Source: Hemiscyllium ocellatum (Eukaryota). Taken from it: DNA of 64,000 nt. The position numbers and the translations under genes are program-made. Positions 38,301-51,689 of this stretch are shown one piece after another. Location: assembly GCF_020745735.1 (NCBI RefSeq), contig NW_026867487.1, forward strand, positions 3,844,001-3,908,000. Reading direction: 5' to 3'. The notes below the pieces were generated by a model. That model worked only from the letters and a program-made list of their open reading frames with translations. It searched no databases and was not told the origin of the DNA. The stretch's first letter is position 1; every line of letters begins with the position of its first letter.

Positions 38301-39659
38301 GTCAGAAGAAGTGGTAGGAATGAGTACAACCGCAAATTTTAAAGAATAATTGTACAAAAACATGATTAAGAAACGTCGAGAGAAATGTAATTGGGCCTTG
38401 TTCGCTTTGCAATATGAGGTCAGCATGAAGAAGTTGGACAGATGGCTCTTTTGTTGTGTTGAATGACTCTATCACTAAAAAAAGAGAAATTGCTTGGAAC
38501 AGGCTGATTCCTCACATTCGTTCTCTGTTCATAATGTTTGAAACATAATCTCGTATTTTGCTTACACATATCCATAGTTGTAGACCTGGGCCTGTTTTTG
38601 TATAACTCTGTAAGGCCATTCATTCACAAAGAGTCTCAGTCCACAGTGAAACACGGAGGTTTCCAACAACGTCACGTCATTCATGGAAAAATGCTTAGTG
38701 CCATGTTGCTTCCACTTCAATGGTCACAACTTTGAGAACCATCAAATTGCACTGGCTGGGAAAACATAATTCGGAGGTAACAGAAACCCTCGATGCCACT
38801 AACACTATTGATATGATGTACATAGATGTCCAAAAAGTGTTTGATACAATGCAAAAACGCAGACTTGTCTATTCCCGCGATAGCAATCAAAAGTATATGT
38901 CTCTTTCCCCTTGCTGTAATTTCCTTCTCCATCTCTCCGTCATCTGTTTCCCTGGCTTACCGTTCATGCCTCAATGAATTTGTCACGACCATTCTTTCTT
39001 TCATTGAATTCCATGTTTTAAAGAGGGATAAGGTTCCCTTATCTTTTCATTGGGTATTTTTGTGATGGTGAACATTAAGACTCAAATTTTCTAATCCCAC
39101 CCACCCCCACCCTCCCCATATTGTAACATCGTGTGTATGTTTATTTTGCTTAACACCTTCATATTTTGAATAATTCCATCAGTTTAATCTTTGCAAGAGG
39201 AATAAAATATCCCAGTTTATACGACGTATTTAGAAAGCTTCGAATGTCACCTAAAACCTGTTGTACTTTTTTCTGTTTTCTGTTACCTTCGTCTACTTAC
39301 ACGGTGATAAGTTTCAAACTTCTTACAACAATGGATATCACCAAGATTATGGTGAATGCAGGAAATACGTCACTGATGTTCCACTTCCAGAGAATTCATT
39401 TATGTCTCTGCAATCTGCAGAGCATCAAAAAAAAGATAAGGTCCACAGAACACTGGATTAGATTAGTCTGATATCAAATCATTCACGACAAACAGTGGAG
39501 ATCTCTTGATCTGAGATCATTTCCATTCTGAAATTTCATTTCTATTATTGACTTTACATTCTGCGGAAGAGAGAAAATGGCGAGTAAACATATGTAATCT
39601 GATCGCTCATAAACATGCCTGATGCTTAACTGATGTTAGATAATTATCTCCAAAAAGTA

Positions 39660-39990
39660 ACGCACAATAAATTTGAATGGAGATCATCAGTTTATTTCGC
39701 TTATTGCCATGAATTAAACTGAATTCTGAAGAAGGGTCCCTGGACGTGAAACGTTCTTTCTGTTTCATATCCACACGGATATCCACATAGTCATATTCCC
39801 CTCCAAGCCACTCATCATAATAACTGCGAAACATATCGCTGCTCCTTCACTGTCAATGTGTTAATATCTTAGAATTGCCTTCTTAACGTCGTTGATGATT
39901 AGCCAATAGCAGACAGAATGCGATGATTCAAAAGGGCAGTGCACACCAACTTCACAGGGGCAAGAGGGACGGCATCAAATTCTGGCCAAA
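39660..39990 (-). pseudogene. Possible decayed V segment with RFTxSRD-type FR3
   Basis: KERFTSRDPSSEFSLI...(actgatgat)...IYCAL; upstream VKLVCT after a ctccag acceptor-like site; spacing long, no RSS. Confidence 0.35.
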
Positions 39991-40021
39991 CTGGAGATGC
40001 ATTCCAAAATAAATGAAAGTC

Positions 40022-40330
40022 GGACGGAACTGTGGCTCAGTGGTTAGCATTGCTGCCTCACAGTGCCAGGCACCCAGATTCAATTCGAGCCTTGAGCATC
40101 TGTCTGTGTGGACTTTGCACATTCTCCCCTTGTCTGCATGGTTTTCCTCCGGGTGCTCCAGTTTCGTCCCACAATCCATCGAAGTGCAGCTCAGGTGAAT
40201 TGGCCATGCTAAATTACCCACAGTATTAGGTGTACTAGTCTGAGGAAATGGGTCTGGTGGGTTACTGTTCAGGGTGTTGTTGTGGACTTGTTGGACTGAC
40301 GGGCCTGTTTCCACGCTGTAGGGAATCTAA
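40022..40330 (+). mobile_element. HE1-type SINE (diverged)
   Basis: tgtggctcagtggttagcattgctgcctcacagtgccagg...gggcctgtttccacgctgtagggaatct. Confidence 0.9.
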
Positions 40331-40439
40331 AATATGAGAGCTCCTATCACTCATAGAAATGCAGCGACATTTAGAATCGTTGAATAAATGGCAGGAGATC
40401 ATGTATTATATTATTTGCGAAATCATGCTCCGGCACGAG

Positions 40440-40920
40440 AAGGTTCACACAATTGATTACGGAGTTGGGAGGGTTAGCCTATGAGGAAAGATTGGGTCGT
40501 CTGAAACGCTAGATGTTGCAATTTAGAAGACTGGGAGAGAGGGACGGAGCAGATTTTAGAGAAAGATATAATTTACAATTGAATCTGGGAGGTTGTTCCC
40601 ACTCATAGATAAATCAGAGCTAGATGGCTTACCCTCAATATAAGAGTGGACCAGGTTGAAAAATTATTTGAGGAGAAACTTTTTTACACACAGAGTTGTC
40701 AATCTGCACAATATTCTGCTCAGTTAAGCAGTGGACACTATCTTGTTGAATGACTTTAAAAAAATAAAGATAGATAGGTTTTTTTTCAGTAAATGAATTT
40801 AGGCTTAATTTGAGTGGGTTTGTATGTAGAGCTGAGCGCAGAAGGAAATCAGCCATGACCTTATTGAATGTCGAAGCAAACTGGACGGACCAGCAGACCT
40901 AGTCATGTTCCTGTTTCTTA
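40440..40920 (+). mobile_element. Degenerate CR1 LINE 3' fragment
   Basis: ttagcctatgaggaaagattgg...gaaggaaatcagccatgaccttattgaatg...gttcctgtttcttatgttctt. Confidence 0.8.
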
Positions 40921-41329
40921 TGTTCTTATCACAGCATCAATGAGTGTTCCATTCTTAGCATCATGTGACAGGTCAATGCCTCTCAAAGCGATTGTTGCAT
41001 TGCCCTGTTTTTGTGCAGGTTTACTGGACCAAAACCAGTTGTTGCGTTTTCACATCATCTCATCGTTGTAACAGTGAAACATTTTGGCACGTTTCAAAGG
41101 CATGAAATAAACTATTTGCTTTTCATTCACCGAACTGACTACATCAGGTTTTTTTTTTAATTGTATATTTATTACCAATAAAGGTCTGCATTCGAATGCA
41201 AAGCATAATATATCACCGTAAATTCTGGAAAAATGTCAAATTCAATCCTGCTTTCACCGTCTGCCTGGTGCACTGCCTGGTTCAGTGTCGTTCTGCCAGT
41301 CTCAGCACATATCTAAGTCTCCGTGGGTC

Positions 41330-42075
41330 TCAGAGTGCGGAATCTGTCAATGCTATTTTCAATTGGCAGTGTGGAGGAACAGAAGGATCTGGGTGTGCAT
41401 GTACACAGATTCCTCAAAGTTGCCACCCAAGCGGATAGGGTTGTTAAGAAAGCATATGGTGTTTTGGCTTTCATTAACAGGGGGATTGTGTATGAGAGCC
41501 GCGAGATTTTGCTGCAGCTCTACAAGTCCCTGGTGAGACCACACTTGGAATATTGTGTCCAGTTCTGGTCGCCACATTAGAGGAAAGATACAGAGGCTTT
41601 GGAAATTGTGCAAAGAAGTTTCACCAGGATGCTGCCTGGACTGGAGGGCTTATCTTATGAAGAAAGGTTGAATAAGCTTGGACTTTTCACTCTGGAGAGA
41701 AGGAAGAGAGGAGACCTGATCGAGGTATACAAAATAACGAGAGGAATAGATAAAATCAGTAGCCAGAGACATTTCCCTAGCGCTGGATTGACTGGTACGA
41801 GAAGTCATAGTTTGAAGACATTAGGAGAATGGTATAAGGGGGATGTCAGAGGTAGGTACTTTACGCAGAGAGTTGTGAATGCATGGAATGCTGTTGCCAG
41901 CTGTGTTGGTGGAAGCAGAGTCATTTTGGACATTTAAGCGACTGCGGGACATGCACATGGATAGCAGTGAATCGAGGGGTGTGTAGGTTAAGTTACTATA
42001 TTTTGCATTCGGATTAAATCTCGGCACAACATCGTGGGCCAAAGAACGTGTTCTGTGCTATACTTTTCTATGTTC
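41330..42075 (+). mobile_element. CR1 LINE 3' end, well preserved
   Basis: KDLGVHVHRFLKVATQADRVVKKAYGVLAFINRGIVYESREILLQLYKSLVRPHLEYCVQFWSPH; tail ctatgttctatattctat. Confidence 0.95.
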
Positions 42076-44439
42076 TATATTCTATCTTCTAATACTTCCA
42101 GCTTGACTCTGTAGTTCACATGATCAAACGTGAGGAAAATCAGTCTCGTGGAATTATCTCTGTTTTCCTACGGTATTGGTTTCACTGTCATAAAAAAAAT
42201 CCATGGGCTCGATTGAACTTTGAGAATACCCGGAAAGTGGTGCTTGTCGTGTAATTACAGAAAAACAGGGCAACATCTCTCTCTAACACTGTTTTTGAAG
42301 CTGGCGCCTGTGTGCTGGAATCTCCTCGACAACGTACTGTAAAAACCAGAAGTAAACAGAACTTAGAGAAAGCAATTAAACGACTTTTTTTTTGCCTACA
42401 ATCAATTCGTAACCTTGAACAATAACACAAGAACTACAAAAAATAACGAAAAGTTCCCGGAAACGCTCAGCCACGGTTAAAGTATACCAGGGAAACTAAA
42501 CAGGAATCGCTTTTTTTTCCTCAAAAACTCAGTGTATGTAACGGGAAAGAGCTTTGAATGATTATTTGCAATTTCCTCAAAAAGCAGTCAAACCTTCCAG
42601 TGAAGTTATTTCGTAATTCATCTCCACAGCATTAATGTAAAACTGCTTAAGTCAGTGCGATTAAATCTCCAAATGCTGTCAGAGCACCTTAGTCAACAAT
42701 CCTGGATGGATTTTCAACTGAAGTCTTCTGCTGTCATTTACTTGAGGACGTTTAGTAACTGTCCCCAACGTTGCTCGGTGTTAAGTCCAAATGCTAATTT
42801 TCATATGGGTAGAATGCATTGGTCTCTCTTTCTTCAGCAACTAATTAAATAAATGTGATTCCTACCAATGATCTGAAACAGATATTTCTCGAAGTTTTAA
42901 CCTTCTCATGAGAACAGCTGCAGCTGTGAGGAATAAAAACAGTAGTCTGGGCGTCATTGTTGCAGAGATCACGCAAAATTTTAGCAGAGCGAGTCTAAGA
43001 TGCAATTCTTTTTATGAATAGCTGTGAAAGAGGCTTTTTGTTTTCTGTTTCTCTGACCATAAGCTCATTGTTGCCACAGATCTTAAGTGACAGCCAATGA
43101 GTTCGAACTTCTTTGTCCTTCAATTCAACCAATCAGCTACAAATTCATTTGAATGTAACTTTAGTCGATCGCAGGGGAAAGGGAAAAAGTGCATTCATTA
43201 GGTGACAGCATTCTGTGCAGAGATTTAACAAATGGTGATTTTTAACTAGTTTATTTGCCTTTAGGTAAACTCATGATGGAACAGAGTTCTTGACTTTCTC
43301 GGATCAGAACTGGAATCCCACAGTTAAAGAGCTGCTCGCTAATTATGAGACAACTCTTTAGTCCTTGCAGCCGATCTAAGGGATTTTGGCACAGTGATGA
43401 GATAAATACATATCTACATTTTCAAATATTTAAACGGTAGAGGATAATGATGTTGCTGCATTTGCTAGTAGGTGTAACAGCAACCGAATTTTCTTATTTT
43501 TGTTTGGGTCATATCTAAACCACTAACACTGCAGTGCCTGACGAAGCAGCCTTACTGCCGCGATTTCATTAGATATAGATACCAGCATTCTGAGCGTTGC
43601 CAAAATATAATCCATGAAATTTTGAAGAAGACATTTTGGGACAGTTTCTCTCCAAGTGCGAATGGGAACAGAAAGAGCAAAGATACACATCAACTCAAAG
43701 CCCGAAGAAAGGGAATGCACATTGTCAAGTTTACAAAATACGCGAAAATAATGGAAAGGCAAGTGGTGTAGAATGCACAAGCAGTGTACAAGAAGAGAAG
43801 AATGTGTAGAGTTTAAGGCAGCGAGGTTAAAACGTTCTCTAGTGGTATATCTAGTAACGTTGCATCTCAAGAAAACAAACAACTGAGTCGTGTGATGATA
43901 TCAGATCATTCACTTTGACGAAAAGTTTTGGAGACAACCAGATTGTGCTACTGTCCATAGAATGACGTAAACATAAAGTTCAGTTCATTTACTTCGTGTA
44001 TTCTTTATGATTTATGCTATCAAGTCTGTTATCTCTTATATTTAGCTCCTGTGCTTGTTGTCTGCACAAAAATGTAAAAAAAGAAATCCTTCAATTCTAA
44101 CAGAGCCGCCTTCTTGCTGAAGTGATGGAAATGGCAACACTGTGATTTGAAGAGGTGTAGTTTGTCACGGTTTATTTTAAGAGAGTGAACACGAGATTCC
44201 GAGCATTCTGTGTGAACATAAACAGCTGGGGAGTTTTTGTTTGAACAAAATTGTTACAATAGAAGCAGCCTGAATGGATGTGATCAACTCTGACAGACAA
44301 GCATTTCTAGTGTGTTTTTTTTCTTTCAATAATGTTTTAGGTTTAGCTTTAAGTAGTTACGTTTTGAATCGCCATTTTGTTGAATATTGCAGTAAGTGTC
44401 TCCAGGCTGCTAATCTCTTTGTTGACATTTTCTCTCTCT

Positions 44440-44472
44440 GCTGCTGGTGCTACTGCTGCTACTGCTGCTATT
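44440..44472. repeat. (CTG/CTA)n short tandem repeat
   Basis: ctgctgctggtgctactgctgctactgctgcta. Confidence 0.7.
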
Positions 44473-46199
44473 GAATTGCATGTGTGACGATCTGTTTCTG
44501 GCACTGTTCATGGGATGTTATTATGTCCAAACGGTTAATCCGTTATCATTGCTATTCCTATAATTATGATAATGTTTCTGTTGGAGTTAGGTAATTTCAT
44601 GTGTTGTTTTCTTTTATTGTATGATAACTGTAAGAATTGCATAAATTGTGCTTTGTTCAATATCGACTGTTTAGCACTGTCCTAATGCTTCTAGAACATG
44701 TCAAGGGATTTGAAGGTTTAGAGCTGGGAATTCTCACTGCAACTGTACATGACACGAGAGGTATCACATTTGGTGTTACCGAAACATTTTTGATCCACTT
44801 ATCTAAATTAAGACAGCGTTTCATTAAAGTCAGTACAGAGAAGATTCGTTAGGATTATCCTGAGACTGAAGAGACTTTCAACCAAACAAAACAAGAAAAA
44901 GATTTTAACCTCTGCAGGTAGCAGCTCAGTGGAATGAAAGTTCATGTTCTTGAAACATCTTGGACTGGGTCGATTGCCATTATGGACTTGGCAGAGTAAA
45001 TACTGAAAGAATGCTTCCATTCATGTAAGTTTAGGATTAGAAGGTAGTGTTTCAGAATAAAAGGCACCAGTTAGGACAGAGATGAGTAAGAATCTATTCT
45101 CTATGTCAGCTGTATCTCTTCAGCACTTTGCCACAGATAGATATTTAGGCAAATTTCCATTAACAGTGACAGTTAAATTGTTTTAAAATACAGTCTGTAG
45201 CTTAAACAAAATTTAAAATGTTTAAAGTCTGATTGAAGATTTGTAGCTCGGGTGTCCGTTGTTGTGAACAGAACCACAACAAAATTTAAAATGATAATGG
45301 TCCTTCATTGTTTAACTGTTCTTAAAAATTTCATTCCGTCATGAGTTGTGGATATCGTTGTGAAAGACAATATTAATCTTGCAATGCATTCTCAGAGAGA
45401 AAAAAAGACAGTCAAAATCACTGACAATGTGTGGAGTCAAATGCACGCCACACCAGATAATTTTGGCAACCTTCTTCCATTAAATGCTGCCACTTTCACG
45501 TCGACCGCTACTTGGGCTAGTTGATTTCAGATTTTTGCTAACTGGATTTGCATTGTGCCAGGCATTCTGCAATGGAACTTCAGCCTGATTTTCTTAAATC
45601 TGTGGAGCCGTGACATTGCTATGACACATCATTTGCGCTTGAAATGTACATGCCGTCATGTTGTTTTGCTAATGCTTAATTAATTATTAACGCTCTGGAA
45701 TGATAATATTGAATTTTCGCTGGCATGCATGCGTAAAGCAGAAACGGTGGACTGATCGGATATTATATTTTCTGCTGCTTTGTCCCTGCTGGACGATTCT
45801 TTGATCCAAAATCTCGTACAGCAGAAATGGCTTTAATATTTTAAAATGGTATTTCCAATGATTGAACCTCGATCTGCTTAATGTTATGATACCCTATAGC
45901 TTTTTACTGAATAAATAGTGAAACACGATCGGTAATCTTGTTCATCTACAAATAACAGATCACAATTTGGAAACGTAACAATCATTGGTTGCACTCAACT
46001 ATGTATATCAGAGATTCATTGGACACATCATCAAATTTAGACTGCATGGAATCCCCGCCACGGCTTCCATTTACTGGTATTGGCCTTTCAGCTGTCTCCT
46101 TCTCTTTGACCAAGCTTTCTTCTTGGAGAGAAGTTTGCCGCTTCGCGAATTTTGCTGTTGATTGGATCCGCAAGGCAATGTGGCAGTGATCTGTGTTTG

Positions 46200-46770
46200 T
46201 AGAATCATAGAGTCATAGAAACAGCATGGAAACAGACCCTTCGATCCAACCCGTCAATGCCAATCAGATATCCCAACCCAATCTCGTACCACGTGCCAAC
46301 ACCCGTCCCATATCCCACCAAACCCTTCCTATTTATATGTCCATCTAAATGCCTTTTAAATGTTGCAATTGTACCAGCCTTCATCACTTCCTTTGGCAGG
46401 TCATTCCATACATGTACCACACTCTGCGTGAATAAGTTGCCCCTTCTGTCCGTTTTATATATTTCCCCTCTCACTCTGAACCTATGCCCTGTAGTTCTGG
46501 ATTCCCCAACCCGGGGAAAAGAGTTTATCTATTTATCCTATCTATGCCCCTCATAATTTTGTAAACCTCTATAAAGTCACCCCTTAGCCTCCGACGCTCC
46601 AGGGAAAACAGTTCCAGCCTATTCAGCCTCTCCACATAGTTGAAATCCCCAAACCCTTGCAACACCCTTGTAAGTCTTTTCTAAACATTTCATGTTTCAC
46701 AACATCTTTCCAATCGGAAGGAGACCACAATAGCTCGCAATATTTTAACAGTGGCCTAAGCAATGTCTTG
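46200..46770 (-). mobile_element. CR1 LINE 3' end present only in cassette 1
   Basis: tagaatcatagagtcatagaaac tail; the paralogous site near 54775 is empty. Confidence 0.9.
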
Positions 46771-47561
46771 TACAAATCATTCTTTTCTGACAACGAACTT
46801 CCAACACTGCAGAGGTGCAGAGACAGGTTTCAACATGCGGAAATGCCTTTCGCCATTCCTCAGCATTGTATCCATTCACAAAACTATGTCCTAATCAGAA
46901 TATAATTGTTCCTAATCAAGTAGTATTTTTGGTCGAAAAACAGTGAATGTGACGATTGTGTTGATCAATCTGAATTAGGCGCTGATTCTCGCTTCCTTTC
47001 CTACTTTCCATATGTTGAAATGGAGTCAACAATATACAATTTAACAGCCATTTACTGAAATGACAGTTAAAGATGGAAAGAATATCTTCTCAAATTGCAA
47101 TTGGAAAAAAAGTGATGCAAACCTTACGTGTTATAATATGGACACCCTCTACAGTTCATCTTTAGACTTGTTAGGAACAGTGTGCCGAAAGCCAACCGCA
47201 TCAGTCATCTGTTTTCCTCTCAGGATCTTAAACTGACAAGATTACTAAACTAAACGTCAGTAACATCTTCATCACCTACTGTGTCACGTACCCATGTGCT
47301 AGTCAGCACTGTAGTGAAATGAACAAATGGAGTTAAAATCTCGTAAAATAAAATCCATCCTGAGAGTTCTAGTTAGTGATCACTAGAAGAAACCATCACA
47401 TTGAGAAGCATGAGCAATTGCACCCTGACTGGGAGAATCCCAAATATCTTCTGAGATGATAATGATGAGATGCACAAAATTGAACACAAAAAAAGCATTT
47501 TCCTTGCGCACTTCGTTTATGTTAGTGAGTTCTACTCATTCCTGCAACAAGTTTATTTGTA

Positions 47562-48297
47562 TTGTTGTTCCTACACGGGGTAAACTCCTTTGCTAATTTA
47601 AACTAGCCACATAGGAAAGGTTCCCCTCGTGCTGTAATCTGTCAAAAATTGAGGGGCAAAGATTGATCCCAGGGATCAATACTTAAAGTAAAAATTAACA
47701 TTTTTTTACTCTAAGACAAAACGGAGAATATTAAAGCCAACAAGTATTTACACCCTTTTATTTTCTCTTAACACTATTTATACCTCCCACTCTACAATAA
47801 TGGTCTGATTTTAAAAATCTCAATTAATCTTTACAAAAAAAAATCACGTTTCAAAACCAGTCATCTTTGTCAATACTCCTTTGTGGATTTTCATCTGTAG
47901 ATCTTTAGGTCGTTTTCGATGTTGTACTGTGCAAACCTCTTATGGACTGGTACATTTCAAAGAGCTCTTCAGCTAGCAGTCCATATGTTGGTCCTTGGCA
48001 ATTCTCCCACTAACCGTTCAGAATGATCAGTTTTATACGCCAAACATCGGATCGTCTCATTGATTTAATATTAGCAAAATACTACATTCAAATTTTATTG
48101 CACTTTGGTATTTTGGAGCATAATTTCAACTGACTGGCCGAAATCAGTTAGTTTTTGTTACATGGCAATTCATCTGTAGCTACTTACTTCGACCAACTGT
48201 TACTTTCTTAATTTTTAAGACGTGTTCGTGCTTTGTCAGTCCTTGCCAGCTTTTCAACACTCTTAACGATACAGTACGCTTCTATACCTTCATAACA
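47562..48297 (-). mobile_element. Solo Gypsy-type LTR (also at 55558-56293)
   Basis: Minus strand starts tgttatgaaggtatagaagcgtactgtatcgttaagag; resembles the LTR at 17.5-18.2 kb. Confidence 0.65.
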
Positions 48298-48905
48298 CCT
48301 CTCCACGGAATAACATAAAAATGAATCATTATTATGAAAAGATGGTTTATTTATTTTCTCTATTTCTGACCCAGAGCATCATGACATGCATATGATTTTA
48401 ATCTCATCTCATATTAAGTACTTCACACGTATACATAATACATCCAAATGATACCAAACGTATCTATGCTTCATCAGTTAGATCCGCGATAGCACAACTG
48501 TGATTACTTTCTTATGACCTGCAATATGTACGATTGGTGTATGAAATGTGTGTAACCAAAGAATCCAATGAAATAGTCTCATATCCTTCTCTGCAAGGCT
48601 TTCCATTATCTCAATGCATTGTACATCAGTAAATACACATTAGCCAGAGGCCATTCAATTAAATATGTGTGGGGCAAGGGATTCAATTTGTTATCCAACA
48701 TGGTGAACCATTGCCACAGAGAAATTGGAAGTGAGGCTTTGACCAAACTATCTGCCATGGTGAAGATGGTGGTGTGCTGGCTTCTTGCATGCCCGCACTT
48801 CCCATTGTGCTGGGGTACCCACATCATTTATTTTTTAAATGTGAGATCCAGGGTCTGAACCACTTGATGTTGACGTAATGTGATATTGGTCAACACCTAT
48901 TTGGG

Positions 48906-49192
48906 CTTCACGGTGGCACAATGGTTAGCACTGCTGCCTCACAGAGCCAGAGACCCGGGTTCAATTCCCGTCTCAGGCGACTGATTGTGTCGAGTTTGCA
49001 CATTCTCCCCGTGTCTGCGTGGGTTTCCTCCCACAGTTCAAAGACGTGCAGGTCAGGTGAATTGAACATGCTAAATTGCCCGTAGTGCAAGGTGAAGGGG
49101 TAAATGTAAGGGTCTGGGTGGGTTGCGCTTCTGTGGGTCGGTCTGGGCTTGTTGGGCCGAAGGACCTGTTTCCACATTGTAAGCAATCTAAC
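48906..49192 (+). mobile_element. HE1-type SINE present only in cassette 1
   Basis: cacggtggcacaatggttagcactgctgcc...; empty site near 56885. Confidence 0.9.
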
Positions 49193-50054
49193 AAAAACCT
49201 TGACATCATGAGATGATGACTGAAGAAGCTGTCAGGTGACTGGGTGTCTAACCTGGTATCAATTTCTGAAATAGACCCAATTGGATTAGATGCTTAATGT
49301 CTCTCAGCTAAAATAATTAATCAACAACTCCTTTTGTTCATATCCACCATTCTCTCTGCAAATGGTAAGGCATGTTTTATCTCCTCTTATCATACTGGTG
49401 CACCTCTCTTAATTGTTAAGTTCGAAGTTGTAAAATGTTAACATCTCAAAACTTTGGCAATAGAAATCGCCCCTTTTGCTGTTTTCAATGTATTAGAATC
49501 CATGTTTTAACTTGGTAACATTCATTGTTGTCATATTTTCATGTTCTTTGTTTCTCTATTTCTGGAGGCATTAGTTTTGCAGACTTGGTGTCACAGGTAC
49601 TGAATAAAGTGATACAATTTGAAGAAATTTGGTGATTATTCATTTCAGCTATTCGAACAAAGATAATGCACAAGTTTTCAATTTTGTCATGTGGAAGTGG
49701 GTATTAAGAGCAATACCTAAACATACGGTGAGGGCAAATGGGGTTCGTACTCGATTTTTTGTCCATCCCTGCACCCTTTGAAAATGAGGGAAACTTCATG
49801 ATCAGTGTGTTCCTACGGGTTGGGAGACGCAGTGACAAGAACCAAACGAGCTGCGCTCAAAACTGCTGTTAGTTTTGGTCAACGTTGGTCAAATGGGGAT
49901 AAGGGGAGGTATGCAGCCTGCATATATATTCTTCTTTTGGAAATGCATTCTTCAATAGCTGTCATTTGAAATTGCCACGAATATTTAACAAAAAGATTTA
50001 ATAGATGTGGCGCTGGGGAACGTTTTGTATTTTCCATCTTTTCTCCTTTACAAG

Positions 50055-50390
50055 AGGCACAGTGGCTCAGTAGTTAGCATTGCTGGCCTTACAGCGCCAG
50101 TGACCCGGGCTCGATTCCAGCCTCGGGCGACTGTGTCGGCGTTGCACGTTTTCGCGTGTCTGCGTGGATTTGGCTGGGATGTTCCGGTATCCAAAGATGG
50201 TTAGCTTAAGTCAATTGGCCATGCTACGTTGCCCATAATGTTCAGCGATGAGAAGGTTAGATGCATTATTCGGATAAGTTTGGGACTATATGGAACGGAC
50301 ATGGGTCGAGGTGTAATACTCTTCAGAGGGTTGGTGTGGACTTGTTGCGCCAAAGATTCTGTTTCCACACTCTAGGGATTCTATGATCTA
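50055..50390 (+). mobile_element. Degenerate HE1-type SINE (shared with 57679-58012)
   Basis: ggcacagtggctcagtagttagcattgctgg...gtttccacactctagggattctatgat. Confidence 0.8.
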
Positions 50391-51208
50391 CACTGGAAAG
50401 CTTTTGAACGTTATAAAAGTGTGCTACTAGGAAATTCACGCGGTTTTGTTAAATAAAAACTTGGGGACAGAATAGTTTCTCTAAATGTCTGACATGACAT
50501 TCCTTTCCAATCATTCATGAATGTTTAACTACAGTAGGATCGCACCACGGAATGGTTCAGAAAAACAAAACAATTATTTTTATTCGCATATACTGTTATC
50601 TGAAGAGTTCAGGTTTCTAAATGTGCTTCTAACATTTTATGGCAGAAATATTAATTATCCAACAGACTTTTATATTCAACCGGCTTCTTAACAGGAAAGC
50701 GGTCTTTTGACATTATTGCAACAATAGTCGCGATGATTCCGTCGTCTTGAGAAAATATCCCTTTTCACTTTATTATATTGTAGATTCTTAGTGTTTACAT
50801 GTGTATTTTTAAAACTGAGAGGTGTTCAATCAGTTTACTGTAATTACCAAGGATTTCCTCACCTGGCAGCTATTGCTTTGCAGAATTTTACATCGCAACG
50901 TTGTCTGCTCTTTTTTTTCCCTCCTAAAACAGTGTTACACAGATATTGTTAGTACCAAGACAGTTGCGGAGTTTGTATTTTCAATGGATATGAGTGAAGA
51001 GTTTACAGGGAATCTCAAGTAAATAGTCCTCACATGGTTGAAGGGGCAATCAGAATCAGTGCTCGCTGAGAGCAATTTGAAATGGTCTTTTGCCTCGATT
51101 GTCCACCAGGACGTTGCACTCACAGTTCTGCACCACGTTTCCACTTATGAAACACTATTAAAAAAAAACCGCTGAAGGTGCAGCATCTGTGACCCAGAAA
51201 CCTGTGAT

Positions 51209-51247
51209 AGTTATTGTACGAGGCTTCAGCTGGTTCGCATCACTGTG
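51209..51247 (-). other. 23-bp-spacer recombination signal sequence of V1
   Basis: CACAGTG - atgcgaaccagctgaagcctcgt (23) - ACAATAACT. Confidence 0.95.
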
Positions 51248-51689
51248 AGACTCGTTGCACAGTAATATACTGCGGCGTCAGACAGAAGGATGTCCGAAAT
51301 TGTCAATTGATAAAACTTGTCTGTACGCTGGAGGGCAGTAGAAAACCGGCTCTGAGCGAAATCCGCCTTCTTTTCAGCATAAGCACTCGTGTACCTCCAG
51401 ACTGCGAACTCGGGCTGCCTGCCTGGATACTGACGGTACCAGTACACGTAATTAGGGCTTCCAGTGTAGGTGCAGTTTAAAGTGACATCTTCTCCCTCCT
51501 TCTGTGTAAGATAGGGAACCCGCTGAGTGACAGAATCTCCATCGCTCACATCTGGAATACAATGTTATGTTACACGGAAATCAGTAATGAAATATGCAAA
51601 TAAACCGAACTGAAGATGGAATTTCACGGTGTAAATAGAACAGACAGAATTGAGAGTAACAGAAAGTGCATTTGGCACATCACGCTCAT
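51248..51689 (-). pseudogene. TCR alpha/delta-type V segment V1: open V exon (51551..51248) but leader (51689..51628) out of phase
   Basis: DSVTQRVPYLTQKEGEDVTLNCTYTGSPNYVYWYRQYPGRQPEF...RFSTALQRTDKFYQLTISDILLSDAAVYYCA; leader is 62 nt versus 64 nt in V2. Confidence 0.85.

Noticed and set aside
38642-38648. Isolated CACAGTG heptamer (also CACTGTG at 44138-44144)
   Set aside because: No nonamer at 12 or 23 nt and no adjacent V, D or J coding pattern.
42480-42700. 14-mer atgctgtcagagca shared with the dead V, plus a vaguely FR1-like reading
   Set aside because: No W41, YYC or RSS; compatible with chance.
50935-51144. Paired ORFs downstream of both RSSs (also 58528..58773), one frame faintly ankyrin-like
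   Set aside because: Stops and indels differ between copies; these are just duplicated flanks.
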